NCBI GenBank assembly: GCA_012800735.1
Contig: JAAZIU010000042.1
Coordinates: forward strand, 36,809 to 100,808
Length of the DNA: 64,000 nt
Direction of reading: 5' to 3'
Origin: Clostridiales bacterium
GTDB taxonomy: Bacteria; Bacillota; Clostridia; Oscillospirales; CAG-272
In this document: piece after piece, positions 1-9,364 of the stretch
How the letters are laid out: every line of letters begins with the position of its first letter
Position numbering within the stretch: position 1 is the stretch's first letter
The notes under the pieces: generated by a model
Database searches by the model: none
What the model saw: only the letters and a program-made list of their open reading frames with translations
Told to the model about the DNA's origin: nothing
Translations under genes and position numbers: made by a program

Positions 1-269
1 CAAGGTTTGAAGGCAGACCGATAACGGTCGAAGAAGCCAAGATCATGATGCGGCCGATAATAGTCTCTCGTTATGTTTCTGCAGAAGATCAGCTAAACGG
101 CGGTGAATACGGAGTTATAACCGATATAGGCGAAGAGGGGCTTTATTTAGGTTTAAAACAGTTGCTTGACTCACCTGAGCTGCGGGATAAGTTTACAATA
201 ACTCTATCAAAACACGATTTCGGAACCTGTGATAAAATAAAAGAATTCTATAAGATGATTGAATGTTAA
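1..269 (+). CDS. glycosyltransferase (GT-B/GT4-like), C-terminal fragment; 5' end lies outside the window
   Basis: The frame is open from base 3 to the stop at 267-269. The translation ...FEGRPITVEEAKIMMRPIIVSRYVSAEDQL... resembles the C-terminal EX7E region of GT4 enzymes. Confidence 0.45.
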   Translation, partial: RFEGRPITVEEAKIMMRPIIVSRYVSAEDQLNGGEYGVITDIGEEGLYLGLKQLLDSPELRDKFTITLSKHDFGTCDKIKEFYKMIEC

Positions 270-296
270 AATAGTGTAAAAAAACCGGAGAGATTA

Positions 297-325
297 TTGA
301 CTGCAGCATAAAAAAGTGGTATAAT
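297..325 (+). promoter_or_regulatory. sigma-A type promoter of rplS
   Basis: TTGACT (297-302), 17-nt spacer, TGgTATAAT (-10 at 320-325, extended TG at 317-318). Confidence 0.7.
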
Positions 326-331
326 ATCTTT

Positions 332-473
332 TGTTATGCTCGGACACTGCAGCGGCAAAACAGCCGCCGATCTGACGCCGCAAAACGGCGCTCACTTCAG
401 TAACCGGGTGAAAATATCAGGATGCTCCGCTGCTCTGCGCATGAACATCCGTAGTAATTTAGAGGAAGCAGAA
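332..473 (+). promoter_or_regulatory. structured 5' leader of rplS; possible L19 autoregulatory leader
   Basis: About 140 nt lie between the promoter and the rplS ATG. They contain GC-rich hairpins (GCGGCaaaacaGCCGC; CGCCGcaaaaCGGCG). The ORF-track N-terminal extension here has no RBS. Confidence 0.35.
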
Positions 474-875
474 ATGAACAGAAAAATCCAACTCTTTACG
501 CAGGATCAGTTGAAAAAAGATCCGCCTGTCCTCAACATCGGTGACAATGTCAGAGTTGCCACAAAGATTAAAGAGGGTAACCACGAGCGTATTCAGTATT
601 TCGAAGGCACAATTATCGCAAAGCGTGGCTCCGGTATATCTGAAACCTTCACAGTTCGCCGTATAGCTTATGGCGTAGGCGTAGAAAAGGTATTTCCGAT
701 CCACTCTCCCAACATCGGAGACGTTGTTATTACCCGCCGCGGAAAAGTCAGACGCGCTAAGCTTTACTATCTGCGCGACCGTGTCGGAAAGAGATCCAAA
801 GTAAAAGAAATGATTTACGACGGCACCGAAAAGGCTGCCAAAGAAACTGCCGAGAAAGCTGCTGTCGAAGAATAA
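474..875 (+). CDS. rplS: 50S ribosomal protein bL19
   Basis: ORF 336..875 trimmed to the ATG at 474, which follows AGAGGAAG. MNRKIQLFTQDQLKKD...GDNVRV...RRGKVRRAKLYYLR is the conserved L19 sequence. Confidence 0.95.
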   Translation: MNRKIQLFTQDQLKKDPPVLNIGDNVRVATKIKEGNHERIQYFEGTIIAKRGSGISETFTVRRIAYGVGVEKVFPIHSPNIGDVVITRRGKVRRAKLYYLRDRVGKRSKVKEMIYDGTEKAAKETAEKAAVEE

Positions 876-895
876 GTCTAAAAATAACTGCATTA

Positions 896-919
896 AAGCG
901 GGATAATTCCCGCTTTTTT
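896..919. terminator. intrinsic terminator between convergent rplS and helicase genes
   Basis: AAGCGGGA-taat-TCCCGCTT followed by a T-run. Confidence 0.75.
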
Positions 920-944
920 GTTTTGTTTAATTTTAATTGAACTG

Positions 945-3251
945 TTAGTTTTCATATTCTGCTCTGAACTGCCGCAGGCGCTTCAAAACCTCATCGTTAC
1001 GCAAACGATCGGATGCATATGCCTTATGAAGAAGTTCATCCGGCAGACAATCGTCATATTTTTCGAAAAGCGGTATATCTCCGCCGCTCAGTTTGTCGCA
1101 ATCAACTCCCTCGGTTTCGGCAATTTCGCAGAGATGTTCAATCAATTTTCTGCCGTCGCCGTTTTCCATATGGAATGTTATATAGCAACAACCCTCGTAT
1201 TCGATATTTGAAATACGTAAAGGCGCGCCGTTTACGCCTAAAAATTTACGCATCGTTCTGAACGAACGCGTACCGAGCCAGGGGAAAAGAACATAATTGA
1301 AACCGCCTAAATGTACAACGGCGTGTTTGAGCATATCGGTATTTCGCGCGACCGCTCTTGCCATATCGAGCCGACGAACGGCATTTTGTTTAAGATATGG
1401 ATAGACGGTATCCTCCATCAGCACCTGCTTCATTCTTTCAAGAATCCGTGTATCAATTTCACCGTAATCTCCCGGCCAGGATATTTCCATTTTACCGCGA
1501 ACCTTTTTTACAAAAATTAGTTTCCTCGGAATATCCAGCTCCGTTACTTCCCATACCCTTCCTGCAAGTGCGAAGCGATCACCGACAGGCGGCGGAGTGG
1601 TTATTATGCCGATTTCGTCTGATTCGCATCTTACGGTGTAATCATCGGTGTCTTTAAAAACGGCGTAAAACTTAAATGAGTTTATGAGCCGTTCACCTTT
1701 CATACCAATAATAATTTCGTTTTCATCGGTAATTTCGATAAAGTTTCTCTGAAGCATCGACAACAGAAGGGTCTTGTAGTCATCTTTTGATACATCTGAA
1801 AATACCGGCAGGTTCATTACCGTGTCTGCAAGCCGCTTTGGGGTAAGCGCGCCGGAAGAAGCGATACACGAGAGCGTTTGGTGAAACATAAGTGAGAAAG
1901 GCAACTTTTTAATTCTCGGCGGTTCAATAAATCGCTCTTCAATATAAAGCTGTATTACCGCGATTGCGCGCAATAACTCCCAAGGGATAAGCTGGGGCAG
2001 GGGAGTGTTGGGAAGCGGATAATCTTCGCGAAACACCATCATCATTTCGGGGGGAGCGCCGCGTCTGCCGCTTCTTCCGAGCCGCTGCAAAAAACTTGAG
2101 ACCGAATGCGGTGATTCGAGCTGGATTACTCGTTCAAGTCTTCCGATATCAATACCGAGCTCAAGCGTAACGGTAGCGCAGGTGACGTTCTGAATATCGT
2201 CGTCTTTCAGCTTTAATTCAGTCTCTTCGCGTATTGATGAGGAAAGAAAACCATGATGAATATTGAAAATATCCGGTTCGCCCCGGTTTTCGGCTATCTG
2301 ACGAAGTGTTTGAGTTATATATTCGGTTTCCTCTCTCGAGTTTGAAAAAACGAGACATTTTCTGCCCTTTGTGCAGTCATATATATATTCGTAACCGGGA
2401 TCAATGGCTGCCGGTTCGGTGTCATAAATAACCGGCAATCCGGTTTCGGGATCTGTTTCATCCGATAAATCATCGCCTAACCGAGCTTCGCGGTCGTTCA
2501 GGTAAAGATCTTTTACAATATCATCAGTCTGATTGGCGTTTGAATTGCTTATAAAGAAATGCTCAAGACCGAGTCTCCAGGTCAGTTTTCCGACGGGGAT
2601 ATAGGGAGCAACAGTATCTCTGCCGCTGCCGGAACCAAGCCAGGCAGCCGCGGCTGTTACGTCACCGATGGTAGCCGATAAACCGATTCTGCGCGGATGA
2701 TGACCTATCAGCCTTCCTATCCTGCAAAGCTGACAGATAATTTGTGAGCCGCGGTCCGAACCGGTCAAAATATGCATCTCATCAATTACAATAAAACGCA
2801 GATCTCCGAATAAACGCACAATATCGTTTGAGCGGTTCATCAGCATACTTTCGAGTGATTCCGGAGTTATTTGCAGTATACCCGACGGGTCTTTAAGAAT
2901 CTTGTTTTTTTGCGACATTGCGACATCGCCGTGCCAATGTATGACTTTTATACCACTTTCATTCAGTAGATCGGACATTCGCTCAAATTGATCGTTGATC
3001 AAACTTTTAAGAGGTGCGATATAAAGGCAGCCGATTGATTTCGGCGGCTGCTGAGTCATCATGCTGAGAATAGGAAAAAAAGCCGCTTCCGTTTTACCGG
3101 ACGCGGTGCCGGAACACAATAGCAGATTGTTTTCCGATTCAAAAAGAACTCTTGCCGCTTCGACCTGAACCGGATGCAGTGAATCCCATCCGTGAGAATA
3201 TATATAATCCTGAATAAAAGGGACGTAGTAATTAAAAACATTTTCGGACAT
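945..3251 (-). CDS. Lhr-like DEAD/DEAH-box (superfamily 2) helicase with C-terminal DEAD/H-associated region
   Basis: ORF trimmed to MSENVF (ATG at 3251). Walker A SGTASGKTEA, DExH box VIDEMH, SAT motif LSAT, motif VI QRLGRSGRRG, plus a long C-terminal extension. Confidence 0.8.
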   Translation of the reverse strand: MSENVFNYYVPFIQDYIYSHGWDSLHPVQVEAARVLFESENNLLLCSGTASGKTEAAFFPILSMMTQQPPKSIGCLYIAPLKSLINDQFERMSDLLNESGIKVIHWHGDVAMSQKNKILKDPSGILQITPESLESMLMNRSNDIVRLFGDLRFIVIDEMHILTGSDRGSQIICQLCRIGRLIGHHPRRIGLSATIGDVTAAAAWLGSGSGRDTVAPYIPVGKLTWRLGLEHFFISNSNANQTDDIVKDLYLNDREARLGDDLSDETDPETGLPVIYDTEPAAIDPGYEYIYDCTKGRKCLVFSNSREETEYITQTLRQIAENRGEPDIFNIHHGFLSSSIREETELKLKDDDIQNVTCATVTLELGIDIGRLERVIQLESPHSVSSFLQRLGRSGRRGAPPEMMMVFREDYPLPNTPLPQLIPWELLRAIAVIQLYIEERFIEPPRIKKLPFSLMFHQTLSCIASSGALTPKRLADTVMNLPVFSDVSKDDYKTLLLSMLQRNFIEITDENEIIIGMKGERLINSFKFYAVFKDTDDYTVRCESDEIGIITTPPPVGDRFALAGRVWEVTELDIPRKLIFVKKVRGKMEISWPGDYGEIDTRILERMKQVLMEDTVYPYLKQNAVRRLDMARAVARNTDMLKHAVVHLGGFNYVLFPWLGTRSFRTMRKFLGVNGAPLRISNIEYEGCCYITFHMENGDGRKLIEHLCEIAETEGVDCDKLSGGDIPLFEKYDDCLPDELLHKAYASDRLRNDEVLKRLRQFRAEYEN

Positions 3252-3298
3252 AGAAGCACCTTGTAAAACAATAGCTTGAAAATAAACTAAAATTACGG

Positions 3299-3327
3299 TT
3301 GACACTAACAAATAATAGTGATATACT
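3299..3327 (+). promoter_or_regulatory. sigma-A type promoter of the LysR regulator, divergent from the helicase
   Basis: TTGACA (3299-3304), 17-nt spacer, TGaTATACT (3322-3327). Confidence 0.55.
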
Positions 3328-3370
3328 AAAATCAGATAAGTCAATGATTGGGTGAATGGATGTGTCGACA

Positions 3371-4309
3371 ATGATTGATAATCTGTCTCTTTATAGAATT
3401 TTTATCGAGGTTGCCAAGAGCGGCAGCATTTCAAGCGCTGCAAAGCGGCTTTTTGTGACTCAGCCGGCTGTTTCAAACGGCGTTGCCCAGCTCGAATCAG
3501 CGTTGGGCACAATGCTGTTTTTCAGAACCAGCCGCGGTATTAACCTTACTCCCGAAGGGGAACTATTGTATGGTTATATCAGCTCTGCTTTTAATTATAT
3601 TGAAGCAGGCGAAGACAAATTGCGCGATATAAACGGGCTGAACAGCGGCGTTTTGCGCATCGGCGCTTCGGATATGACACTTGAGTTCTTTTTGATCGAC
3701 TATATAGAGCGATTCAACGAGGATTATCCTAAAATTAAACTGTCAATAACAAATAATTCAACTTCTGCAACTTTGAAAGCTTTAAGAAACGGGCAAATTG
3801 ATTTTTGCGTTATAAGCGAGCCGGCAGAACTTGAAAGCGACGTTGAGGCAATACCGGTAAGAACGATAAATGATATACTTGTATGTTCTAACAATGCCAA
3901 GTTTGACGGTCTGTTTCGTGACGGAGAAGCGGCAGAACTCAGCCGGCTTGCCGATTATCCGCTTATAATGCTCGACCATGGCACCAGTACACGAAAATAT
4001 ATAGAAGCGCATTTTCGCAGCTCCGGGGTACCTGACCTTGAGCCGTCCATAGAGCTTGCCCAAAACGATCTTGTCCTCCAGTTTGCATTAAGGGGGATAG
4101 GAGCTGCTTTTATCGTCGATGACTTTGCAAGACCATATCTTGAATCCGGAGAGCTGCGAAAAGTAAAGTTGAATAAACCTGTTCCACCGAGGCAATTCTT
4201 GTTGACAAGACTGAAAAAGATACCGCTTTCGGCTGCGCCGAAGAAATTTATTTCCGGAATATTATTCGATGTTAAAGCTAATGAGGGTGAGTCGGAAACA
4301 AACGCTTAA
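3371..4309 (+). CDS. LysR-family transcriptional regulator
   Basis: The N-terminal wHTH LYRIFIEVAKSGSISSAAKRLFVTQPAVSNGVAQLE is followed by a substrate-binding domain. The start is ambiguous (3356 or 3371). Confidence 0.85.
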   Translation: MIDNLSLYRIFIEVAKSGSISSAAKRLFVTQPAVSNGVAQLESALGTMLFFRTSRGINLTPEGELLYGYISSAFNYIEAGEDKLRDINGLNSGVLRIGASDMTLEFFLIDYIERFNEDYPKIKLSITNNSTSATLKALRNGQIDFCVISEPAELESDVEAIPVRTINDILVCSNNAKFDGLFRDGEAAELSRLADYPLIMLDHGTSTRKYIEAHFRSSGVPDLEPSIELAQNDLVLQFALRGIGAAFIVDDFARPYLESGELRKVKLNKPVPPRQFLLTRLKKIPLSAAPKKFISGILFDVKANEGESETNA

Positions 4310-4323
4310 AGATGAAAATAACT

Positions 4324-4357
4324 GATAAGACCGCATCTTGCGGTCTTATCTCTTTTT
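4324..4357. terminator. intrinsic terminator
   Basis: GATAAGACCGC-atctt-GCGGTCTTATC followed by TCTTTTT. Confidence 0.75.
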
Positions 4358-4420
4358 GAAAGCTTCGTAAAGCATAATTGCCGATAAGCTGACTGTAATT
4401 GCAAATATAATGTAATACAT
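4346..4420 (-). CDS. candidate 24-aa hydrophobic micro-protein (not in ORF track)
   Basis: The minus-strand ATG at 4420 follows GGAGA at 7-nt spacing. It encodes MYYIIFAITVSLSAIMLYEAFKKR and starts 4 nt after the stop of the upstream membrane-protein gene. Confidence 0.3.
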   Translation of the reverse strand: MYYIIFAITVSLSAIMLYEAFKKR

Positions 4421-4423
4421 TGC

Positions 4424-5008
4424 TCATTCTCCGTTATCCGGACTTTCAAAAATATCTTTATTTGACTGTGTCGGACTTCCGATATGTGCTTCTATATATT
4501 TCATGAATTCTTCAGAACATTCAATAACTATAACTTGAATCTCGTCATTGAATTCGAATATATAATCATAAAACGATGTCTTTATATCCGGCATATTCTT
4601 AAAATCTCCCGGTTTTATTGGGCTCATATTTGATGTATAATAAAAAAATCTTTTAATGTGACCGAACCGTTTTTCATTATCTTTAGGCTTTGCGTGAGGA
4701 ATTATGGCTAGTCCGGTGGACATATCCAGATTACAGACGATTTTATGGGATTTATTTGCGTTTTTAATAACTATGAAATCAAAGCCGCCGTGATTGCTCA
4801 ACTCAACTTTATAGGTATAAACACTCAGTATAAAACGACTGGTAATCTGTATACCTACAACGGCTGCAGTTAAAGCGATAAGCTGCATCAGCAGTCGATA
4901 TCCAAAATCAAGCGCACCCGCGAAAAGAAATCCTGCTGCCGTGATAAAACATAGCAGAGAAATAAGTATTGCTTTTTTGGGATTGTGAGGAGGAGTATAT
5001 TCGTTCAT
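4424..5008 (-). CDS. hypothetical membrane protein (two N-terminal TM helices)
   Basis: The ORF has hydrophobic segments AILISLLCFITAAGFLFAGAL and LMQLIALTAAVVGIQI. I recognise no family. Confidence 0.6.
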   Translation of the reverse strand: MNEYTPPHNPKKAILISLLCFITAAGFLFAGALDFGYRLLMQLIALTAAVVGIQITSRFILSVYTYKVELSNHGGFDFIVIKNANKSHKIVCNLDMSTGLAIIPHAKPKDNEKRFGHIKRFFYYTSNMSPIKPGDFKNMPDIKTSFYDYIFEFNDEIQVIVIECSEEFMKYIEAHIGSPTQSNKDIFESPDNGE

Positions 5009-5022
5009 TTAATTCTCGTGAG

Positions 5023-5526
5023 TTAAAAATTTTTATGGGAAAGCTGTATCTCGCCGTTTTTTATGTTGATATAACCGTAACTCGGCGGACCGCTTTCAGG
5101 TCGGGATATGCTTCCGGGGTTAAAAATATAAATTCCGCCTGACTTACTGTCAATGAATCTATCGACCGGCAGATGAGTATGACCGAACAGCGCAAGTTTG
5201 CATCTATTTTTTATTGCTTCTTCGATAAGTTCATTATATCTGTATTTAACCAAAAGTCGGTGTCCGTGACAGGCAAATATTCTGACGCCTTCAAATGTAA
5301 AACATTTGGTTTCATTCGCGGAATATAATCTGCGTATCTGTGTTGAATCGCAATTCCCGGCGACAGAGAGAAATGAGATATGAGGATAGTCACCTCTAAT
5401 TTCCATCATGTCGCCGATGCCGTCACCAAGATGTATCGCAAGATCGGTGTCATTTCTGTGCCGATTAAGCGCTTTGATTATATTTCCCTTAAAGCCGTGA
5501 GAGTCGGAAAAGACAAGAATGTTCAT
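5023..5526 (-). CDS. YfcE/MJ0936-family metallophosphoesterase
   Basis: Motifs DSHG, GDG, GNCD, HGH and GHTH occur in canonical order. Confidence 0.85.
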   Translation of the reverse strand: MNILVFSDSHGFKGNIIKALNRHRNDTDLAIHLGDGIGDMMEIRGDYPHISFLSVAGNCDSTQIRRLYSANETKCFTFEGVRIFACHGHRLLVKYRYNELIEEAIKNRCKLALFGHTHLPVDRFIDSKSGGIYIFNPGSISRPESGPPSYGYINIKNGEIQLSHKNF

Positions 5527-6356
5527 ATAATTCTCGTCTTAAGCCATTCAACGGAATCGGTTAGCGCAGGTTCAGCCGGATAAATGCCCCCGTTTTCAAT
5601 GGAAATATTTCCGTCATACTCTATGTTTTTCAAAACACTTAATATATAATCCAAATCAACCGCTCCGCCGCTGATGACAGGATACGAATAGAACGCTTTT
5701 CCTTCCGGGGTTTGTCCTGCCGGAGAGGGATATTCATTATACTGTTCAAAGGAATAATTCTTAAAATGCACATTTGAAAAGGGAAGCGGTCGAAGCTTTG
5801 AGATTATATCAACGGCTTGCGAAGGACTTTGTCCGACAAAGCAGAAATTACCGCTGTCAAAGTTCATATAAAGTCCCGGCACAGTTTCAAGCAGGTAAAC
5901 GAAGTCTTCGATAAAAGTATAAGGGCATTCGGGTCTCGAAAAGTTTTCAAGACACAGCTTTACACCTGACTTTTCCGAGTATTCGACTAATTTCGAAAGC
6001 TGACGAGCCATTTTGGAGCGCTCCTCCTCACGGGTGCTCATCGATTCAACCGGACCCGGCAGGATCAAAGCCGTTTCAGCTCCAAGCGCCTTTGCCTCAT
6101 CAATGAAGTGCATGCCGTTTGGAAGATCACTTTCTTCGTAAAGTCTTGTAAACTTGTGACAGGCAAATATTTTTAGTCCGGAGTTCTCAATTAAAGCACG
6201 GAATCGGTCGGGACCTCCGGCTTTATACACATCGTCAATACTCGGTTCAACTCCGGAAATTCCGAGCTCTCGAATATAAACAAGAGCTTCGGCAAAGCTG
6301 AGCTCGGCTTCTCTTGCAACCTGGTATACTACGTCAAGAAAAAGACTTATCTTCAT
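5523..6356 (-). CDS. sugar phosphate isomerase/epimerase (xylose isomerase-like TIM barrel)
   Basis: Length and sequence style (LENF, HFKN, ISIE segments) fit the family. It overlaps the downstream gene by 4 nt. Confidence 0.7.
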   Translation of the reverse strand: MKISLFLDVVYQVAREAELSFAEALVYIRELGISGVEPSIDDVYKAGGPDRFRALIENSGLKIFACHKFTRLYEESDLPNGMHFIDEAKALGAETALILPGPVESMSTREEERSKMARQLSKLVEYSEKSGVKLCLENFSRPECPYTFIEDFVYLLETVPGLYMNFDSGNFCFVGQSPSQAVDIISKLRPLPFSNVHFKNYSFEQYNEYPSPAGQTPEGKAFYSYPVISGGAVDLDYILSVLKNIEYDGNISIENGGIYPAEPALTDSVEWLKTRII

Positions 6357-6368
6357 AAAAACAAAACC

Positions 6369-7811
6369 TCAATACATAACGTTGCAGATATTTCGTTCGG
6401 TTATGAGATAAACAACATAATCGGCGTCAACTCTTTTTATATAGTCGGTATTAAATGAATAATCCCACATATTTGCCCAATATATATTAGCACCGGTGTC
6501 ATTGAACATACATTCGCTGCAGGAGGCAAACGAATCACGATAAAAAACAAGATTAGGCAGTTTCCGACTGGAATCTTGATTTTTAACGGTATGCGCATCT
6601 CTGAATTCGGATGAATCGACTTCAACCTTACCGGGGAACAGGAAATCCGGGTTATACGGCGAATCGAAAAGAAGTTCGCAAAGCGTTGCGTTCTCAAATA
6701 GCGTGTTATTGTCTATTTCAAGATGAGTTGACATATCTCCCGATATCATGTTTTGATGATAGAATCGGAACTGTGATATATCGCGGGGCGCGGCATCCGG
6801 GAAGTCCTCCATCAGATAATCACAAAAAGCTTTGTAGCCCCAATATGAGCCATATTGCGTCCAATGCGAGTCGGTTTTGTGAAAGAGTTTGAATTCGTCA
6901 TAACGATGTTCGATAAAACAGTCGGTAAGGTCAATGACATCAGCTCCGCAGTTTTCGGCAATTTCGGTGAATTGTTTTGTTAGCGAGTCTTCTCCGCTAT
7001 ATCTTACATATTCAGCCGGTACAGTTTCCGGATAAAGGTTCATCGGATTCGGAACAAGAAGATATACTATTTTGGCTCCGTTTTTAGCTGCAGCTTCTAC
7101 GCGTTTTTCCATCGATCTTTTTACTGCTTTGCTCTGCTTATCATTCAACAGATTTGAGCCGATATAGTCAGCAACGGCGCCCTCGAAATGTCCCTGAAAT
7201 TTATCGCCGACAATAACTCCGCAAACGCCGTGGTCTTGAAGCAAGGTAATACCGCTTTGAGGCCGTACAATCATGGTTATTGGCTCGGATTCGGCTTTCC
7301 CTTCAACCGAAGCAAATATATTAAGGGTAGAGACGCCGGAATTAATGTATACGGCTCCCCAGAAGTTACCGTCTCTGCCTTCCGCTCCCTTTTCGGGATG
7401 GAAAACCATATCTTCAGCGCCGCCGGTGACTTTTATAACCGAGTCGTTTGCGGTGGTTCCGCCAAAGAAAACCATATTATCCTTAATAAATTTATATATG
7501 GTAATCTTCGGTTTGTCGCATCGTTCGGTGTTATCATTATCGACAGCTGCAGGTGTTTTGACTGCCAGATCCTCGGCGGAAATATTGATTATCGAAGCCA
7601 TATCACGAGCGATTATCGGAGCCGATTCGGTTTCGGTTACCTCTGTTTCAACTGTCGTGTCGGCGGCTTCAACGCTTAATATATGTTCCGTTGTTTCAAC
7701 TGTTTTAACGGTGTAATCATTGCCGCAAGAGGTTAATATAGTAACAACTACGGAGACCAGTAAAAAGGCGACAAATCTCCGCTGCATTTTTTTACTGAAA
7801 TACGCTCTCAT
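6369..7811 (-). CDS. lipoprotein with AlgX/AlgJ-like (DHHW-family) SGNH O-acyltransferase domain
   Basis: Lipobox ILTSCG. Motif HKTDSHWTQYG and the C-terminal half are typical of DHHW/AlgJ proteins. Confidence 0.6.
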   Translation of the reverse strand: MRAYFSKKMQRRFVAFLLVSVVVTILTSCGNDYTVKTVETTEHILSVEAADTTVETEVTETESAPIIARDMASIINISAEDLAVKTPAAVDNDNTERCDKPKITIYKFIKDNMVFFGGTTANDSVIKVTGGAEDMVFHPEKGAEGRDGNFWGAVYINSGVSTLNIFASVEGKAESEPITMIVRPQSGITLLQDHGVCGVIVGDKFQGHFEGAVADYIGSNLLNDKQSKAVKRSMEKRVEAAAKNGAKIVYLLVPNPMNLYPETVPAEYVRYSGEDSLTKQFTEIAENCGADVIDLTDCFIEHRYDEFKLFHKTDSHWTQYGSYWGYKAFCDYLMEDFPDAAPRDISQFRFYHQNMISGDMSTHLEIDNNTLFENATLCELLFDSPYNPDFLFPGKVEVDSSEFRDAHTVKNQDSSRKLPNLVFYRDSFASCSECMFNDTGANIYWANMWDYSFNTDYIKRVDADYVVYLITERNICNVMY

Positions 7812-7815
7812 ACCC

Positions 7816-8406
7816 TCAGCCTAATAAAGAATCAAGTGTAGCTTTGGCTTTTGAGTTGTCTGCCGTACAGATAAGCGCAATATATTTGCCCTTTTGGTAA
7901 AACTCAGCGCCGTCTATAATCGGCTTTTCCTCGGGAACATAGGTTTCAATTTCGCCGTTGTCCTTTTGTGAAAGTCTATCCTTCAAAATCTGAAGCGCTG
8001 CTTCAACATCATTTTCATTCTTTACTTTGAGTATGTCTATTTCAAAAGCATTCTTTCCGCTCGGGACGATTATTGAAAATTCTTCAAGAGTGTTGAATTC
8101 CGGGAAATCCACACCGTATTCGCCTCTAAAAAGCTGTCCTGCCTGATCGATGTCAAGATAACCGTCTGCTTCGGCGTCTTCGATCGAGCTTCTGTAATAT
8201 TTCACGTTCGGAATTTCATCTTCGCTGTATGCCGAAATCGCTGCGTCAAGCAGAACATCGGTCGCGACGTCGGCTACTGCCGTTTCCGAGCTTTCGGTCA
8301 CAGCTTCGTTACCTTGAACATCGTCGGTTGTTTTGCTTCCGCAGGAAGTAATCAAAATCAGCAGCGCCGCAAGTATAAGCGACATTATAACAAAAGTTTT
8401 TTTCAT
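7816..8406 (-). CDS. DUF4358-like lipoprotein
   Basis: Lipobox LITSCG. The size and C-terminal segment resemble the DUF4358 partners of DHHW proteins. The family assignment is from memory. Confidence 0.45.
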   Translation of the reverse strand: MKKTFVIMSLILAALLILITSCGSKTTDDVQGNEAVTESSETAVADVATDVLLDAAISAYSEDEIPNVKYYRSSIEDAEADGYLDIDQAGQLFRGEYGVDFPEFNTLEEFSIIVPSGKNAFEIDILKVKNENDVEAALQILKDRLSQKDNGEIETYVPEEKPIIDGAEFYQKGKYIALICTADNSKAKATLDSLLG

Positions 8407-8433
8407 AATCTAAACCTTTCTGTTTGGTTCGTA

Positions 8434-9357
8434 TCAGTTTAAGCCATAAACAATAATGTAATCACCAAGGTCGGTATACTCAAAACCGTCAGGAAAATTG
8501 ATTGCGCCTGTATTTGAATAAATATAGGTATTTAAAAATGCGGAAACACAGCCTTCGATACCGCTTTGTTTTGACGAAGTCGAAAACCATAACGAACCGT
8601 CTTGTACATAAGTTCTGAATATCCCGGTTAATTCGGGAACGGTGAATCCCAGATAGAAGGCAGGAACGCCGGAATCTTCGTCGGTAATTTCATGCCAGCA
8701 TCCGGTTGTTTTGTATAAAACATCCTGAAGCAATTTAGCAGCTTTTTTACCGTCAGTAGAGTTGTATACTATTTTCCACTCTTTTGTATCCTTTGAGTCG
8801 ACCAGGAGTGCCGGTATATCGTATTGCTGTTCCTGACGGTAACAGTAACCGTCTTCGATTTCAATGTTGTTTTTTGCTGCGTTAAGAATATTGTTTCTAA
8901 ACCAATCGACACCCAATAAGGTTCCCTCATCACTGCCGCCGCAGATATATAAACGGCTTTCACTGCAAGCTATTAAATAACCTCTTTCCCCGACTGAACG
9001 GAAGTCAATATCATCTCCCAGTTGCTCAGGTCTTAAGGTGTTGCCGACTATCAGCTCATATTTATAAAAAGGACTCTTTTCCCAGTCGGTGGAAATTTTA
9101 ATTTCGTAACCAATTAATTCTGCGATTTCATTTCTGAGTGAAACGGCGGATTTTGTGATTATATCACTTGACATATCACCGCGAATGACGGCAAATTCTA
9201 AAGCCGTTTCAGCGTTTAATAAAAACCCTTTTACTTCTGTTTCTAAAACGGTTACTTCTTCGGTGTCTAAAGTTGTTGAATCAACTGTATTGTTGCTGCA
9301 GGCAGAGATGAGAACCAATAAGGCAAGCATCAAAGCCGCAGCGGAATATCTGTTCAT
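8434..9357 (-). CDS. lipoprotein, unknown function
   Basis: ORF trimmed to MNRYSAAALMLALLVLISACSNN (lipobox). The trimmed start lies 8 nt after the comM stop. Confidence 0.6.
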   Translation of the reverse strand: MNRYSAAALMLALLVLISACSNNTVDSTTLDTEEVTVLETEVKGFLLNAETALEFAVIRGDMSSDIITKSAVSLRNEIAELIGYEIKISTDWEKSPFYKYELIVGNTLRPEQLGDDIDFRSVGERGYLIACSESRLYICGGSDEGTLLGVDWFRNNILNAAKNNIEIEDGYCYRQEQQYDIPALLVDSKDTKEWKIVYNSTDGKKAAKLLQDVLYKTTGCWHEITDEDSGVPAFYLGFTVPELTGIFRTYVQDGSLWFSTSSKQSGIEGCVSAFLNTYIYSNTGAINFPDGFEYTDLGDYIIVYGLN

Positions 9358-9364
9358 TGTTTTA

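Noticed and set aside
336-473. N-terminal 46-aa extension of the rplS ORF in the ORF track
   Set aside because: There is no RBS at 336 and the promoter -10 ends at 325. The conserved L19 sequence begins at the ATG at 474, which has a good RBS. The extension is leader RNA.
945-3251. Lhr-like helicase as part of a defence island
   Set aside because: It stands alone between rplS and a LysR regulator. No methylase, nuclease, or other defence-associated neighbours are present.
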